Assembly (NCBI GenBank): GCA_002269645.1
Contig: NIVC01002463.1
Coordinates: forward strand, 79,897-143,896
Direction: 5' to 3'
Origin: Macrostomum lignano
Lineage: Eukaryota
DNA length: 64,000 nucleotides
A model generated the notes under the pieces. The model worked only from the letters and a program-made list of their open reading frames with translations. It made no database searches and was not told the origin of the DNA. Shown here in pieces: positions 11,501 through 22,545 of the stretch. Each line of letters begins with the position of its first letter. The first letter of the stretch is position 1. Position numbers and translations under genes: made by a program.

Positions 11501-14500
11501 CCTAATGTCCCAGATCCTCAGGCTGAGTCCCTACTGTCCCAGATCCTCAGGATGAGCCCCTACTGTCCCAGCTCCCACAATCCCCGCCCCGCAGGTGTCG
11601 AGCCGGAGCCATTCCAGCCAGGCGAGCACCTGGTAACTGCCAGCGCCAAGCTGATCCTGATTGATCGCCTGCTGAAATACCTGAAGGCCAACGGGCACAA
11701 GGTGCTGATGTTCTCGCAGATGACTCACATGCTGGACATTCTGCAGGACTATCTCACTTACAGAGGTTTGTCATTTGCTGCGTTTTGGATGGCTTGTGGT
11801 TGATACGATCTCCCATTCTGCTGACTCCTGAGCAGAGTGCACACGCTCACACGGAGTGTACAGGGGCCCTGACTTTCTAACCGTCAGGCATGTACATCTC
11901 TGTGCTTCGGGGCTGGCCCGCATCGCTGTGAATCGCATGGCAGCCCCCCCCCCCAGCCAATTAACTTTATCGGGTAGCAACAATTTCCATGAATCTGTCA
12001 CCGCACACCCAGGCTTCACGTACGAACGGCTTGACGGCTCCGTCAGAGGCGAGGAGCGCTTCCTGGCCGTGAAGAACTTCAACCAGACCGCCGAGACGTT
12101 CGTGTTCCTGCTCAGCACCCGGGCCGGCGGGGTCGGCCTGAATCTGGTCAGCGCGGACACCGTGATCTTCGTTGACAGCGACTTCAATCCGCAGAATGAC
12201 CTGCAGGCCGCCGCGAGGGTGCACCGCATTGGCCAGACCAGGTGCACAGTTGGTTGTGGATTGGCTCTTTTAATAATCCTTTGTTGCTGGGGGAACCTTT
12301 GCCGCGTCACACTAAGTGTTTGATAAATGCTTAGTATCTGTATATTAGCCCTTAGTATCTTGCTTGTTGCTGAGGTCTTCGTTACTATGGATTTGATTGG
12401 AGTCGTTGCTAAGGGCTTGGTTGCTATGTGATGCATTGTGGGTTGTTTCTAGGGCTTTGGTTGCTATGCGATTCATTGTGGGTTGTAGCTAGGGCCTTGG
12501 TTGCTATGCGATTCATTGTGGGTTGTAGCTAAGGGCTTGGTTGCTATGCGATTGATTGTGGGTTGTAGCTAGGGCCTTGGTTGCTATGCGATTCATTGTG
12601 AATTGTTGCTAGGGCCTTGGTTGCTATGCGATTCATTGTGGGTTGTAGCTAGGGCCTTGGTTGCTATGCGATTCATTGTGGGTTGTAGCTAGGGCCTTGG
12701 TTGCTATGCGATTCATTGTGGGTTGTAGCTAGGGCCTTGGTTGCTATGCGATTAATTGTGGGTTGTAGCTAGGGCCTTGGTTGCTATGCGATTCATTGTG
12801 GGTTGTAGCTAAGGCCTTGGTTGCTATGCGATTTATTGTAGGTTGTAGCTAGGGCCTTGGTTGCTATGCGATTCATTGTGGGTTGTAGCTAGGGCCTTGG
12901 TTGCTATGCGATTCATTGTGGGTTGTAGCTAGGGCCTTGGTTGCTATGCGATTCATTGTGGGTTGTAGCTAGGGCCTTGGTTGCTATGCGATTCATTGTG
13001 GGTTGTAGCTAGGGCCTTGGTTGCTATGCGATTCATTGTGGGTTGTAGCTAGGGCCTTGGTTGCTATGCGATTCATTGTGGGTTGTAGCTAAGGGCTTGG
13101 TTGCTATGCGATTTATTGTGGGTTGTAGCTAGGGCCTTGGTTGCTATGCGATTCATTGTGGGTTGTAGCTAGGGCCTTGGTTGCTATGCGATTCATTGTG
13201 GGTTGTAGCTAAGGGCTTGGTTGCTATGCGATTTATTGTGGGTTGTAGCTAGGGCCTTGGTTGCTATGCGATTCATTGTGGGTTGTAGCTAGGGCCTTAG
13301 TTGCTAAATGAGATTCATTGTGGGTCGTTGCTAGGGCCTTAGTTGCTAAATGCGATTCATTGTAGGTTGTTGCTAGGGGCTGGGTTGCTATGCGATTCAT
13401 TGTGGGTTGTTGCTAAGGGGGTTAGTTGCTATGCGATTCAATGCAAGCTGTTGCCAAGGGCTTTTTGCTATGCAATCAACTATGTAATCAGGCCTGGCGC
13501 ATTCGCACCTGCAGGAACGTGAAGATAATCCGGCTGGCCGGCAAGAACACCATCGAGGAGATCATCCTGCGGCGCGCGGAGACCAAGCTGGCCCTCACTA
13601 AGCAGGTCATCGGGCACGGCAAATTCTCCTTGGGATTTGACGATGCCGACAAGGCTAAAGAGGCTGATGCGTCGAAGCAGGTGGGAAAGCTGCATCTTCA
13701 CTGAAGGAACAAGTCATTCTTCACTGATTCAGCGTCCTGGAATTTACAGAATACTAATTTTATCCTTTCCCTCAAATCCCCATTCCTCACGGAACTTATC
13801 TTTTGCAGGTCCAAATCCCCTATGATTCGAAACTTCCAATCCAAATTGATCACAGATCCCAACTGATCACAGATTCCAACTGATCACAGATCCCAATTGA
13901 TCACGGATCCCAACTGATCACAGATCCCAACTGATCACAGATCCCAATTGATCACAGATCCCAACTGATCACAGATCCCAACTGATCACAGATCCCAATT
14001 GATCACGGATCCCCAATTGATCATAGATCCCAATTGATCACAGGTCCCAATTGATCACAGATCCCAATTGATCACAGATCCCAATCGATCCCAGATCCCA
14101 ATACCATAATTAACCAAGCGCTCCCGAATCCCCCGAACATGCCGCAGCTTCGCGAGATCATCAAATTCGGCCTATCAAAGCTGATGGACGACATCGAGGA
14201 CGCGGACGCGGTGAGCAGCGTGGACTTTGGCGCCGTGCTCGGGCCAACAGAGCAACCGGGAGGTCGCTGGGTCTGGTCTGAGCCCACGGAACCGCCTGCG
14301 GCTGGTAAATCGGTCTCCGCATCGAATGCGGTGGCGTCAGCTACATCAGCAGCTGCTGCTGAAGAGGAGGCCGCGGCCACGCACATGTACATGTGGGAGG
14401 GCAAGGACTACAGCAGCGGCGCCGCCAACATCGACCAGCTGGAGGCCAAGGACGAGACGGCGCTGCAGGCTCTGCTGACCGACCTGCGGGTGAAGGAGAC

Positions 14501-17228
14501 GGCAGAGGCGGGTGCTGGACGGGGGCTGCGGGGACAGGTGGGTCACGTGAAGGTCATAGGTTTGCTCACTTTGTATCGTACTCGTACAAGGTACCATTTA
14601 TCAATCACTCCATTTGTCACGAATCCCATTTCATCACAGTTTCCGTTTCTTCACAGATCCCATTTCATCACAGATCCCATTTCATCACAGATCCCCATTT
14701 CATCACAGATCCCATTTCATCATAGATCCCATTTCATCACAGATCCCATTTCATCATAGATCCCATTTCATCATAGATCCCATTTCATCACAGATCCCAT
14801 TTCATCACAGATCCCATTTCATCATAGATCCCATTTCATCACAGATCCCATTTCATCACAGATCCCATTTCATCATAGATCCCATTTCATCACAGATCCC
14901 ATTTCATCACAGATCCCAATTTCATCACAGATCCCATTTCATCAAAGATCCCATTTCATCACAGGTCCCGTTTCTTCACAGATCCCATTTCATCAAAGAT
15001 CCCATTTCATCACAGGTCCCGTTTCTTCACCGATCCCATTTTTCACCGATCCCATTTTTCACCGATCCCATTTTTCACCGATCCCATTTCATCACAGATC
15101 CCATTTCATTACAGATCCCATTTCATCACAGATCCCATTTCATCACAGATCCCATTTCATCAAAGATCCCATTTCATCACGGATCCCATTTCATCACAGA
15201 TCCCATTTCATCACAGATCCCATTTCATCACAGATCCCATTTCATCACAGATCCCATTTCATCACGGATCCCATTTCATCACAGATCCCATTTCATCACA
15301 GATCCCATTTCATCACAGATCCCATTTCTTCACAGATCCCATTTTCACCGATCCCATTTTTCACCGATCCCATTTTGTCACAGATCCCATTTACAAAGCC
15401 AGCCGTTTTACAGCTCATGAACAGCTCTACTACTCTTAGTCAGTAGTTGGTGTCGCTCCCATTCATTCTCCAGCAGGCCAGCGGCGCCCTGACGCAGCTG
15501 CCAGACGCCGCTTCATCGCGTCGGCAGGCGCGGCGCCCGCTGACGGAGGCCGAGAAAGTGGAGCGTCGGGCCAAACGAGAGGCGGCTGCCGCGGCCCGCG
15601 CCGCCGAGGCGGAGGCGGCGGTGCGACGCCGGGAGGAGCGCCGTGCGGCGGAGTGGCGCGCGGCCGGCTACACGTCGCATTCGGTTGCCATGGCAACGGA
15701 CAGCAGCGACGAAGAGGCGGCCGACGATGAACCGAGAGGCGTCGGCGACATCGGCGAGGACAACGGTCTCGGGCTGAACTACGTCATCGGGGACGTCGCC
15801 GAGCCGCAGGAGGGCCTGGAGGCCGGCGCCGCCATCGTCTGCCAGTCGGTCGACGACGCCGGGCGCTGGGGCTCCGGCGGCGTCTTCGCCGCGCTGGACG
15901 CCGCCTGGCCGAAGTCGGGCGTCGGCGCCGCCTACGAAGCGGCCAGCCGGTTGGGCGACCTGCGGCTGGGCGATTTACACCTGCTGCCGCTGGGCAAGCG
16001 GCACGGTGGCGAGATCTACTGCGGCCTGCTGGTGTGCCAGGTGAGCCCGCCGCTGATATACACTCAGCGACATTGAAAAGTGTCCACGTCTGCACACAAG
16101 GCTACACTAGCTGAACGATTAGGCATTGAAAGGTTTCAACTATGTTTGGGCCATAGACAATCAAAACAAGGCAACAAAGAATGAACAGCGAAACAAGTCC
16201 ATGCCCATTTCCACGATGTGTACATGTCTGAAGCACAGTCAGTTACAGGTATAGATGGCAACCACGAGCGTCTAACAGACCGCTCACTCGTCGAGGTATT
16301 CCCGAGCAAGGCGCCGCAGAAAGTCTTGTGTAAGCTGTTGCCACGCGACTGAAAGCGCATTGCGCAGCTGGACAATGTTCTGGGGGGGATAGAGATTGTT
16401 ACAACTAATCGTGCGCTTCAGGAAATCCCACACGTGCTCAATCGGGTTCATATCCGGTGATCTGGACGGCCAACGCAAAGTGCGCCAATCAGTCATTTGG
16501 CGGACTATCATTGTCGCCTGCATCCAGATGCCTCCAGTAAACTCCTGTACACTTATTACTGTAACGCTTTTCCCTGTGACACCAGATATCGGTCTTTACT
16601 TTCCTGCTCTTTTTTGCTCATTTGTCTATGGCCCAAAACCAATTGGCGAAACCATCGATCGTGCTGCCCATGGACCCTTGGCGCAAGGGCGGGCACTTTC
16701 AAATGTTGCTGAGTGTACGTGCAGTTTTTTATAACGGGTATCCCAAAAAAAAGGTAACACTTTGTGCGCTCACTGTGAGTGAGCAGTTAGGCCTATAGCA
16801 CAGTAATTTAACAGGTCCACAGTAAACATTTGTAAGTTTTTCCCACAAACATTTGGTTGCGAAAAATTGCTCCAGAGGCGAGCGAGTTATTAAGCACAGA
16901 AGTGTACGCTAGCTTTTCTGCCAAGCTTTGCCATACACAGCTGCCATAGACAATCTTCATGAGACCCGTACCCTTTGCCACAGGTGGCTGAAGCTGGCCT
17001 TCCTCATCCAGCTTCGTCTGGTCATGACTGAGCAGACTTGGCCTAGACAGCAAAATTATAAGTGATATTTTTCCGCGGGCAAAATTGATTGCAGTTTTGG
17101 CAAACTACGAGGAAAACTCGTAATGTATAAATAATCCTAGGAATATGAAAAAAAAATAAATTATTTAAGATTTTTGTTCCTGGGTAGTATATATTATATT
17201 AGTAGTAGTAATAGTATTAGTAGTAGTG

Positions 17229-17271
<43 letters not shown>

Positions 17272-18069
17272 GTAGTATTAGTAGTAGTAGTAGTAGTATT
17301 AGTAGTAGTAGTAGTATATTCCACTTGTGATACTAATGATAACTACACATTCCTACTACTTGCAGTGGTAGCTAATATTAATAATGTTATTAATTGCTCC
17401 ACTGCCCAGGACTCCAGCCAGCCCGGCCGGCCAATCCAGCTGCGCGCTCTCCAGCAGTGCCTGGAGAAGCTGCGGCTCAGCGCCCGTCGGCTGCCTCGCC
17501 GAATCGCCGCCTCGTCGGCCGCCCGGGACGCCGTGGCCAGCGTCCACCTGCCGCGGCTCGGCCACGGCCTGAGCGCCGGCCTGGGCTGGTACGGCGTGGA
17601 GCGCAACCTGCAGAAGCTGCTGGCCAGGCGCGGCGTGCCGGCCTTCGTGTACTATTTTCCTAGAAAGCGGCGCCAGCAGCGGCAGCCGGAGATCAACGAC
17701 GAATCGGCCGAGGAGTCCGAAGCTGAGGTGGCGGCGGCTGCGCCGGAGCCGAAGCGACCGCGCCTCGCCTTGGCCGACATTTTCACCGGCTGCCGGGTCG
17801 GCCTGGCCGCCGACCTGCCGGAGGCGGACGCCGACCAGCTGGCGCGCTACCTGCTCGCCTACGATGCCGACGTGCAGCTGACGGTGCCGGCCGGGGCGGC
17901 GGCGGCCGCGCCCCAGGGCCAGCTGGACTTCCTGGTGACGCTCCTGGACACTGGCGACGGCCGAGGGCCTGGCGGCGCGATTGCCGTCACCCCGGAGTGG
18001 GTGCACGCCTCCGTGGCGGCCGGGCGCTGCCTTCCTGCGGGGGATTTTTCTCCCAAAGCGGCTGCTTGA
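5562..18069 (+). CDS. CHD1L: CHD1L/ALC1 SNF2-family chromatin remodeller (SNF2 ATPase, macro domain, C-terminal BRCT-like domain), about 1044 aa, 12 exons
   Basis: GT-AG exons in consistent phase: 5562-5646, 6878-7218, 8360-8473, 8564-8723, 10349-10507, 10900-10992, 11595-11765, 12013-12241, 13515-13680, 14148-14537, 15474-16040, 17410-18069. Motifs: [87 protein letters not shown], macro domain YVIGDV...[15 protein letters not shown] and [10 protein letters not shown]...WYGVER. Confidence 0.96.
5750..6795. repeat. 32-bp minisatellite (GACCGGAAGTGGAATGCTTAGCGGGATTCAAT)n in CHD1L intron 1
   Basis: About 32 copies, each containing ACCGGAAGTG. Confidence 0.97.
7250..8226. repeat. 20-bp minisatellite (GTAGGATCTGGGGTAGTTTT)n in CHD1L intron 2
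   Basis: Read directly. Confidence 0.96.
8755..10322. repeat. 53-55-bp minisatellite in CHD1L intron 4
   Basis: Unit CAGGTTGTTACCTGTGTGTGTGGCCTGAGCTCCTTCAAGCCAGGTGTGGAAATGG, about 29 copies. Confidence 0.97.
10600..10855. repeat. 29-bp minisatellite in CHD1L intron 5
   Basis: Unit TGACCTTACAGGGTTTCTTTGACCCCAAC. Confidence 0.92.
11075..11570. repeat. 29-bp minisatellite in CHD1L intron 6
   Basis: Unit TGTCCCAGATCCTCAGGCTGAGTCCCTAC, about 17 copies. Confidence 0.95.
12400..13440. repeat. 40-bp minisatellite in CHD1L intron 8
   Basis: Unit TTGCTATGCGATTCATTGTGGGTTGTAGCTAGGGCCTTGG, about 25 copies. Confidence 0.96.
13845..14100. repeat. 17-bp minisatellite in CHD1L intron 9
   Basis: Unit TGATCACAGATCCCAAY. 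Confidence 0.93.
14620..15390. repeat. 17-bp minisatellite in CHD1L intron 10
   Basis: Unit TTTCATCACAGATCCCA, related to the intron 9 unit. Confidence 0.95.
16061..16715 (-). mobile_element. Internally deleted Tc1/mariner element in CHD1L intron 11
   Basis: TA on both sides (16059-60, 16716-17); 25-bp TIRs CACTCAGCGACATTGAAAAGTGTCC / CACTCAGCAACATTTGAAAGTGCCC (21/25); inner inverted motif TTTGGGCCATAGACAA; minus-strand fragment [20 protein letters not shown]...[12 protein letters not shown] is the Tc1 transposase C-terminus. Confidence 0.9.
17200..17320. repeat. (GTA)n microsatellite
   Basis: Read directly; source of the poly-Val start of ORF 17230-18069. Confidence 0.95.
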
Positions 18070-18825
18070 GACTCTATTTTTGAGCATTTTTCTACTAGCA
18101 TAAATCTCAATTTACATTTCAATTTCAATTTCAATGGGTACTATAAGTAGCACAGCGATGCCTTAAGTCCTTATTTTATTCAGGTCGTGAAGACTGCAGA
18201 TCGAATCCGTCCGTCCATGAGTGATTTTACAGTACCGGTCGGTATGCACCGGGTTTTGTTGTGCTCTCTAAAATCCAACTTTATTTCCACTTAAATATTA
18301 TGCATCCAATCTAGCCTTCAAATAAACTTACAAATCGAATACTAGACACAAGTTTTCATATAATTATTTCTCACTGCAGCAGTCTCTGGGCAGTGCTGAA
18401 AAATTGCTGAATATATTCGAATACTCGCAATGTCTAATGCAGTTTATAATTTGCAATTAGAAATCTTCAGAAAAATTATAGCGCACGTGGTAAACAAAAA
18501 CTCAAAAAGTACTCTACAGTACACAAGGCATGCACCAAAGCTGGAATATGGTGTGCTGTAATTGAGCATTTCAAGTCTAGAATATAAGCTCTATGCATAT
18601 TGCTGATTAACTTGAACAAAGACCACTTGGAATTCTCAGCGCCAGATTGCAACCGCGGCTAAAAATCAATCAAATATCAACAATACAAAATGTCGAAACA
18701 AGCAAATTAGAAAGACATCTTCTAAAGTAGTCATAAAAATCTGTACTGTCAAATCATTAATGCATTAAAGTGACATCTAAAATCTTACATGTACATGCGA
18801 AAATACTGACAGCTCCGCCTGACAG

Positions 18826-19400
18826 CTCTAGTCACCCACCCCACCTCCACCTCTTCAAACCCCTAGTCACCCACCCCACCTCCACCTCTTCAAACCCCTA
18901 GTCACCCACCCCACCTCCACCTCTTCGAACCCCTAGTCACCCACCCCACCTCCACCTCTTCAAACCCCTAGTCACCCACCCCACCTCCACCTCTTCAAAC
19001 CCCTAGTCACCCACCCCACCTCCACCTCTTCAAACCCCTAGTCACCCACCCCACCTCCACCTCTTCAAACCCCTAGTCACCCACCCCACCTCCACCTCTT
19101 CAAACCCCTAGTCACCCACCCCACCTCCACCTCTTCAAACCCCTAGTCACCCACCCCACCTCCACCTCTTCAAACCCCTAGTCACCCACCCCATCTCCAC
19201 CTCTCCAAACCCCTAGTCACCCACCCCACCTCCACCTCTTCAAACCCTCAGTCACCCACCCCACCTCCGCCTCTCCAAGCCCCCAGTCACCCACCCACCT
19301 CCGCCTCTCCAAGTCATCGGCCACCCACCCCACCTCCGCCTCTCCAAGCCCCCAGCCACCCACCCACCTCCGCCTTTCCAAACCCCCAGTCACCCACCCA
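18826..19400. repeat. 35-bp C-rich minisatellite between CHD1L and the TMEM116-like gene
   Basis: Unit TAGTCACCCACCCCACCTCCACCTCTTCAAACCCC. Confidence 0.95.
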
Positions 19401-19496
19401 CCCCCGCCTCTAAACCCCGCAGTCCGCCTATATGCAGTATACGAGCTAAAATCAATATGGTCAATCATCGCCCGTCAGTCAATCAATACTGGCGGG

Positions 19497-21810
19497 CTAA
19501 GTAGAATAAGCGAATGTTTTATAAGATGCGTATCTGCTATTGTCGCCGCCAAAGCCAGCGGCTATTGACACCCGGCGCGGCAGCTGCTGCAGCAGGGAGC
19601 GCAGAAAGGCGCGCCTCTGCCAGCCGTAGACTACGGTGTTCAGCAGGCCCTGCAGCGGCGCCGTGGCCGCCTGAAGGATGTACAGCCAGAAGAACTTGTC
19701 GGCTGTCTCCTCCGACAGCACCAGACTCAGACTGCCCAGCACGAAGGTCGGGCCCCAGCTGACAAAGAAGACGCCAATGAAGAGGGCGACTCGGCGACGC
19801 ATCTGACGCCTGGCGTCGGCCTGGGCGGCGGTCAGGCTGCCCAGTCGGCGGTCACGGAGGTCGCGGTGCCGCACGGCCAGCCAGTACAGGCCGCAGCAGC
19901 CCAGCAGGACGCAGAGCAGAGGGATGAGGAAGGCCAGCTTCAGCCACCTGTGGCAAAGGGTGCGGGTTTCGTGCTCTACTAGGCCAGAGGTGTCGGACTC
20001 GATTCCTGTGTTTGACCGCATTCACCCGTATCCAAGTTCAAGCTTTTATGCATCATTTTAGGCTAATGTGGGAGGCTGAGAGATGCCATAGATCAGTGAG
20101 AGATGCCATAGATCAGTGAGAGATGCCATAGATCAGTGAGAGATGCCATAGATCATTGAGATGCCATAGATTAGTGAGAGATGCCATAGATTAGTGAGAG
20201 ATGCCATAGATTAGTGAAAGATGCCATAGATTAGTGAAAGATGCCATAGATTAGTGAGAGATGCCACAGGTCAGTGAGAGATGCAATAGATTAGTGAGAT
20301 GCAATGGATTAGTGAGATATACCATAGATTAGTGAGAGATGCCATAGATTAGTGAGAGATGCCACAAGTCAGTGAGAGATGCCACAGGTCAGTGAGAGAT
20401 ACCACAGGTTAGTGAGAGATGCCATAGATTAGTGAGAGATGCCATAGATTAGTGAAAGATGCCATAGATTAGTGAAAGATGCCATAGATTAGTGAGAGAT
20501 GCCACAGATCAATGAGGATGCCATAGATTAGTGAGAGATGCCACAAGTCAGTGAGAGATGCCACAGGTCAGTGAGAGATACCACAGGTTAGTGAGAGATG
20601 CCATAGATTAGTGAGATGCCATGGATTAGTGAGAGATGCCACAGATCAATGAGGATGCCATAGATTAAGATTAGTGTCTGCCTCTGTCTGCCTTTAACGC
20701 GCACCAACCGCGGCCATTGTAGCTCCAACTTGCTGGTTTATCAAATCAAACAAACGAACTCACATTCGAGGCGACGCGCTTTCGGAGTCGGCCGGCCAGC
20801 AGGGATCCTGGTCGAACCGGAATATCGGCAGGCAGCTGCTGCAGATGATGCCGTCACCGCTGCCGCCCCCCGTGTGGGCGTGGCCGGCGCTGGACCAGTG
20901 CGCTGTGGCAGCGGCCAAGAGTCCGGCCTCCGCTAGCAGTGGTGCAGCCCAGGCCACTCCGATGGCCGCGAGTGCCTTCCAGTGGCCTTTGTCGCTGTCA
21001 CAGCCGCCGCCTGACCCGCCGCTGCCGTCGCTATCGCTCATGCCGCCGCCCGTGTCGCCTTCAAAGGCCATGCGCGAGGCGGTTCGCTGGCGCAGATACA
21101 CCTGGGAGTGTCAGTTTGGGGGCCGGTTTAGACTTTAGAGGATTCTCTGGACCAGTTTAGAGGAACCTCAGGACCGGTTTAGAGGATCTTTAGGACTGGT
21201 TTTAGAGGATCTTTAGGACTGGTTTTAGAGGATCTTTAGGACTGGTTTTAGAGGATCTTCAGGACTGGTTTTAGAGGATCTTCAGGACTGGTTTTAGAGG
21301 ATCCTCAGGGCCGGTTTGAAGGATCTTTAGGGCCGAGTTTAGCAGATTTTTTGAGGAGATTTTAGACGCCATTTCCAATAGGGTATTTAAATAGGATTTG
21401 CCAAGGCGGCCCACTCCAAAAAGCAGCACCACAACGCAGACCTGATAGGCGTAGGCCAGCGTCAGGCCGAAGCTGCACACGAACAGTGCCGTGGTGGCCC
21501 CAGTCGCGTAGGCACACAGCAGAGACGGCTGGCTGTCATTGTGGCCAGTCAGGTGCAGTCCGGCGCTGACAATCAAGCAGGTGGTGGCCAGCAGGTCGGC
21601 CATAGACAGGTGCACCACCGGGTAAACCTCCGGGTGGCGCAGTCGGCCGCGCGCAATAGCGGCGCCAATTATAGCGGCGCAGGCCAGCACAGAGAGGGCG
21701 CCGAATCCGCAGTCCAGATAGGAGAGCACGCGCAGCTGCTGCTCGGACAGGGAGCGATAGACTGTGCCGTTGATTGGCTGCGGAGGCGCCGGCTGGTGGC
21801 TTGTTGGCAT
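19497..21810 (-). CDS. TMEM116: TMEM116-like multi-pass membrane protein (cAMP-receptor/Git3-like GPCR superfamily), about 385 aa, 3 exons
   Basis: Exons 21810-21442, 21101-20764, 19947-19497 join in frame at GT-AG sites. Multiple TM segments; HLSMADLL in TM2; C-terminal LYILQAATAPLQGLLNTVVYGWQ resembles the recalled TMEM116 motif LQALTATSQGLLNCGVYGW. Confidence 0.75.
20085..20670. repeat. 20-bp minisatellite (GAGATGCCATAGATTAGTGA)n in TMEM116-like intron 2
   Basis: Read directly. Confidence 0.95.
21135..21335. repeat. 23-bp minisatellite in TMEM116-like intron 1
   Basis: Unit GGACTGGTTTTAGAGGATCTTYA. Confidence 0.88.
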
Positions 21811-21851
21811 TGTGCTGGCTCGCGCTGAGCATGGGACCAGTGGGTGGGTGC

Positions 21852-21865
21852 GTTGCTATGGCAAC
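21852..21865. promoter_or_regulatory. Candidate RFX X-box
   Basis: GTTGCTATGGCAAC fits the X-box consensus GTHNYY-AT-RRNAAC and lies about 40 bp upstream of the TMEM116-like ATG. Confidence 0.55.
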
Positions 21866-21924
21866 AATGCTTAAATCATACAGCCTACGCTTTTGACTAG
21901 CGATTACTAAGCCAAGAGAATCTC

Positions 21925-22216
21925 ACGGGATATTTTCGGGGTAGATACTGCAGAACCTCAGGGGAGATTTTCGGGGTGGATACTGCAGAATCTCACGGGA
22001 GATTTTCGGGGTAGATACTGCAGAATCTCACGGGATATTTTCGGGGTAGATACTGCAGAATCTCAGGGGAGATTTTCGGGGTGGATACTGCAGAATCTCA
22101 CGGGAGATTTTCGGGGTAGATACTGCAGAATCTCAGGGGAGATTTTCGGGGTGGATACTGCAGAATCTCACGGGAGATTTTCGGGGTAGATACTGCAGAA
22201 TCTCACGGGAGATTTT
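21925..22216. repeat. 35-bp minisatellite between NSUN5 and the TMEM116-like gene
   Basis: Unit CTGCAGAATCTCACGGGAGATTTTCGGGGTAGATA, about 8 copies. Confidence 0.95.
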
Positions 22217-22545
22217 CGAAGTGGACATTATTCATACATGAATTCTGAGACATTAACTAATGTAAGTGCGCCGTATTAAAGAAGAATCAAAACAATATTT
22301 TGTCACAGCGCTGCTCGATTGAACAGCCAAGTAAGCGGCAGTTGCCGGAGAAGTATGTATATTAATGCAATGAAATATTAAATTACTGGCATTTTCCACA
22401 ACTCAGTCTACATACAACTTCATTCACTTTAAAACTCAAATAATGCTGCTTACTCTCTGAGCAATTGTATTGTCAGTGAAAGCTTCTATGTAAGAATTAT
22501 CTGCTTCACTTCGAGGATACTTCAGCATCCCAATTCCCTCCACAC

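Noticed and set aside
2880-15700. X-box-like palindromes GTTGCCATAGCAAC (about 2880) and GTTGCCATGGCAAC (about 15685)
   Set aside because: Both lie inside apparent coding exons of ALKBH2 and CHD1L, so coincidence is likely.
17230-17409. Poly-Val N-terminus of ORF 17230-18069
   Set aside because: It is a (GTA)n microsatellite in intron 11; the true exon starts at the acceptor at 17410.
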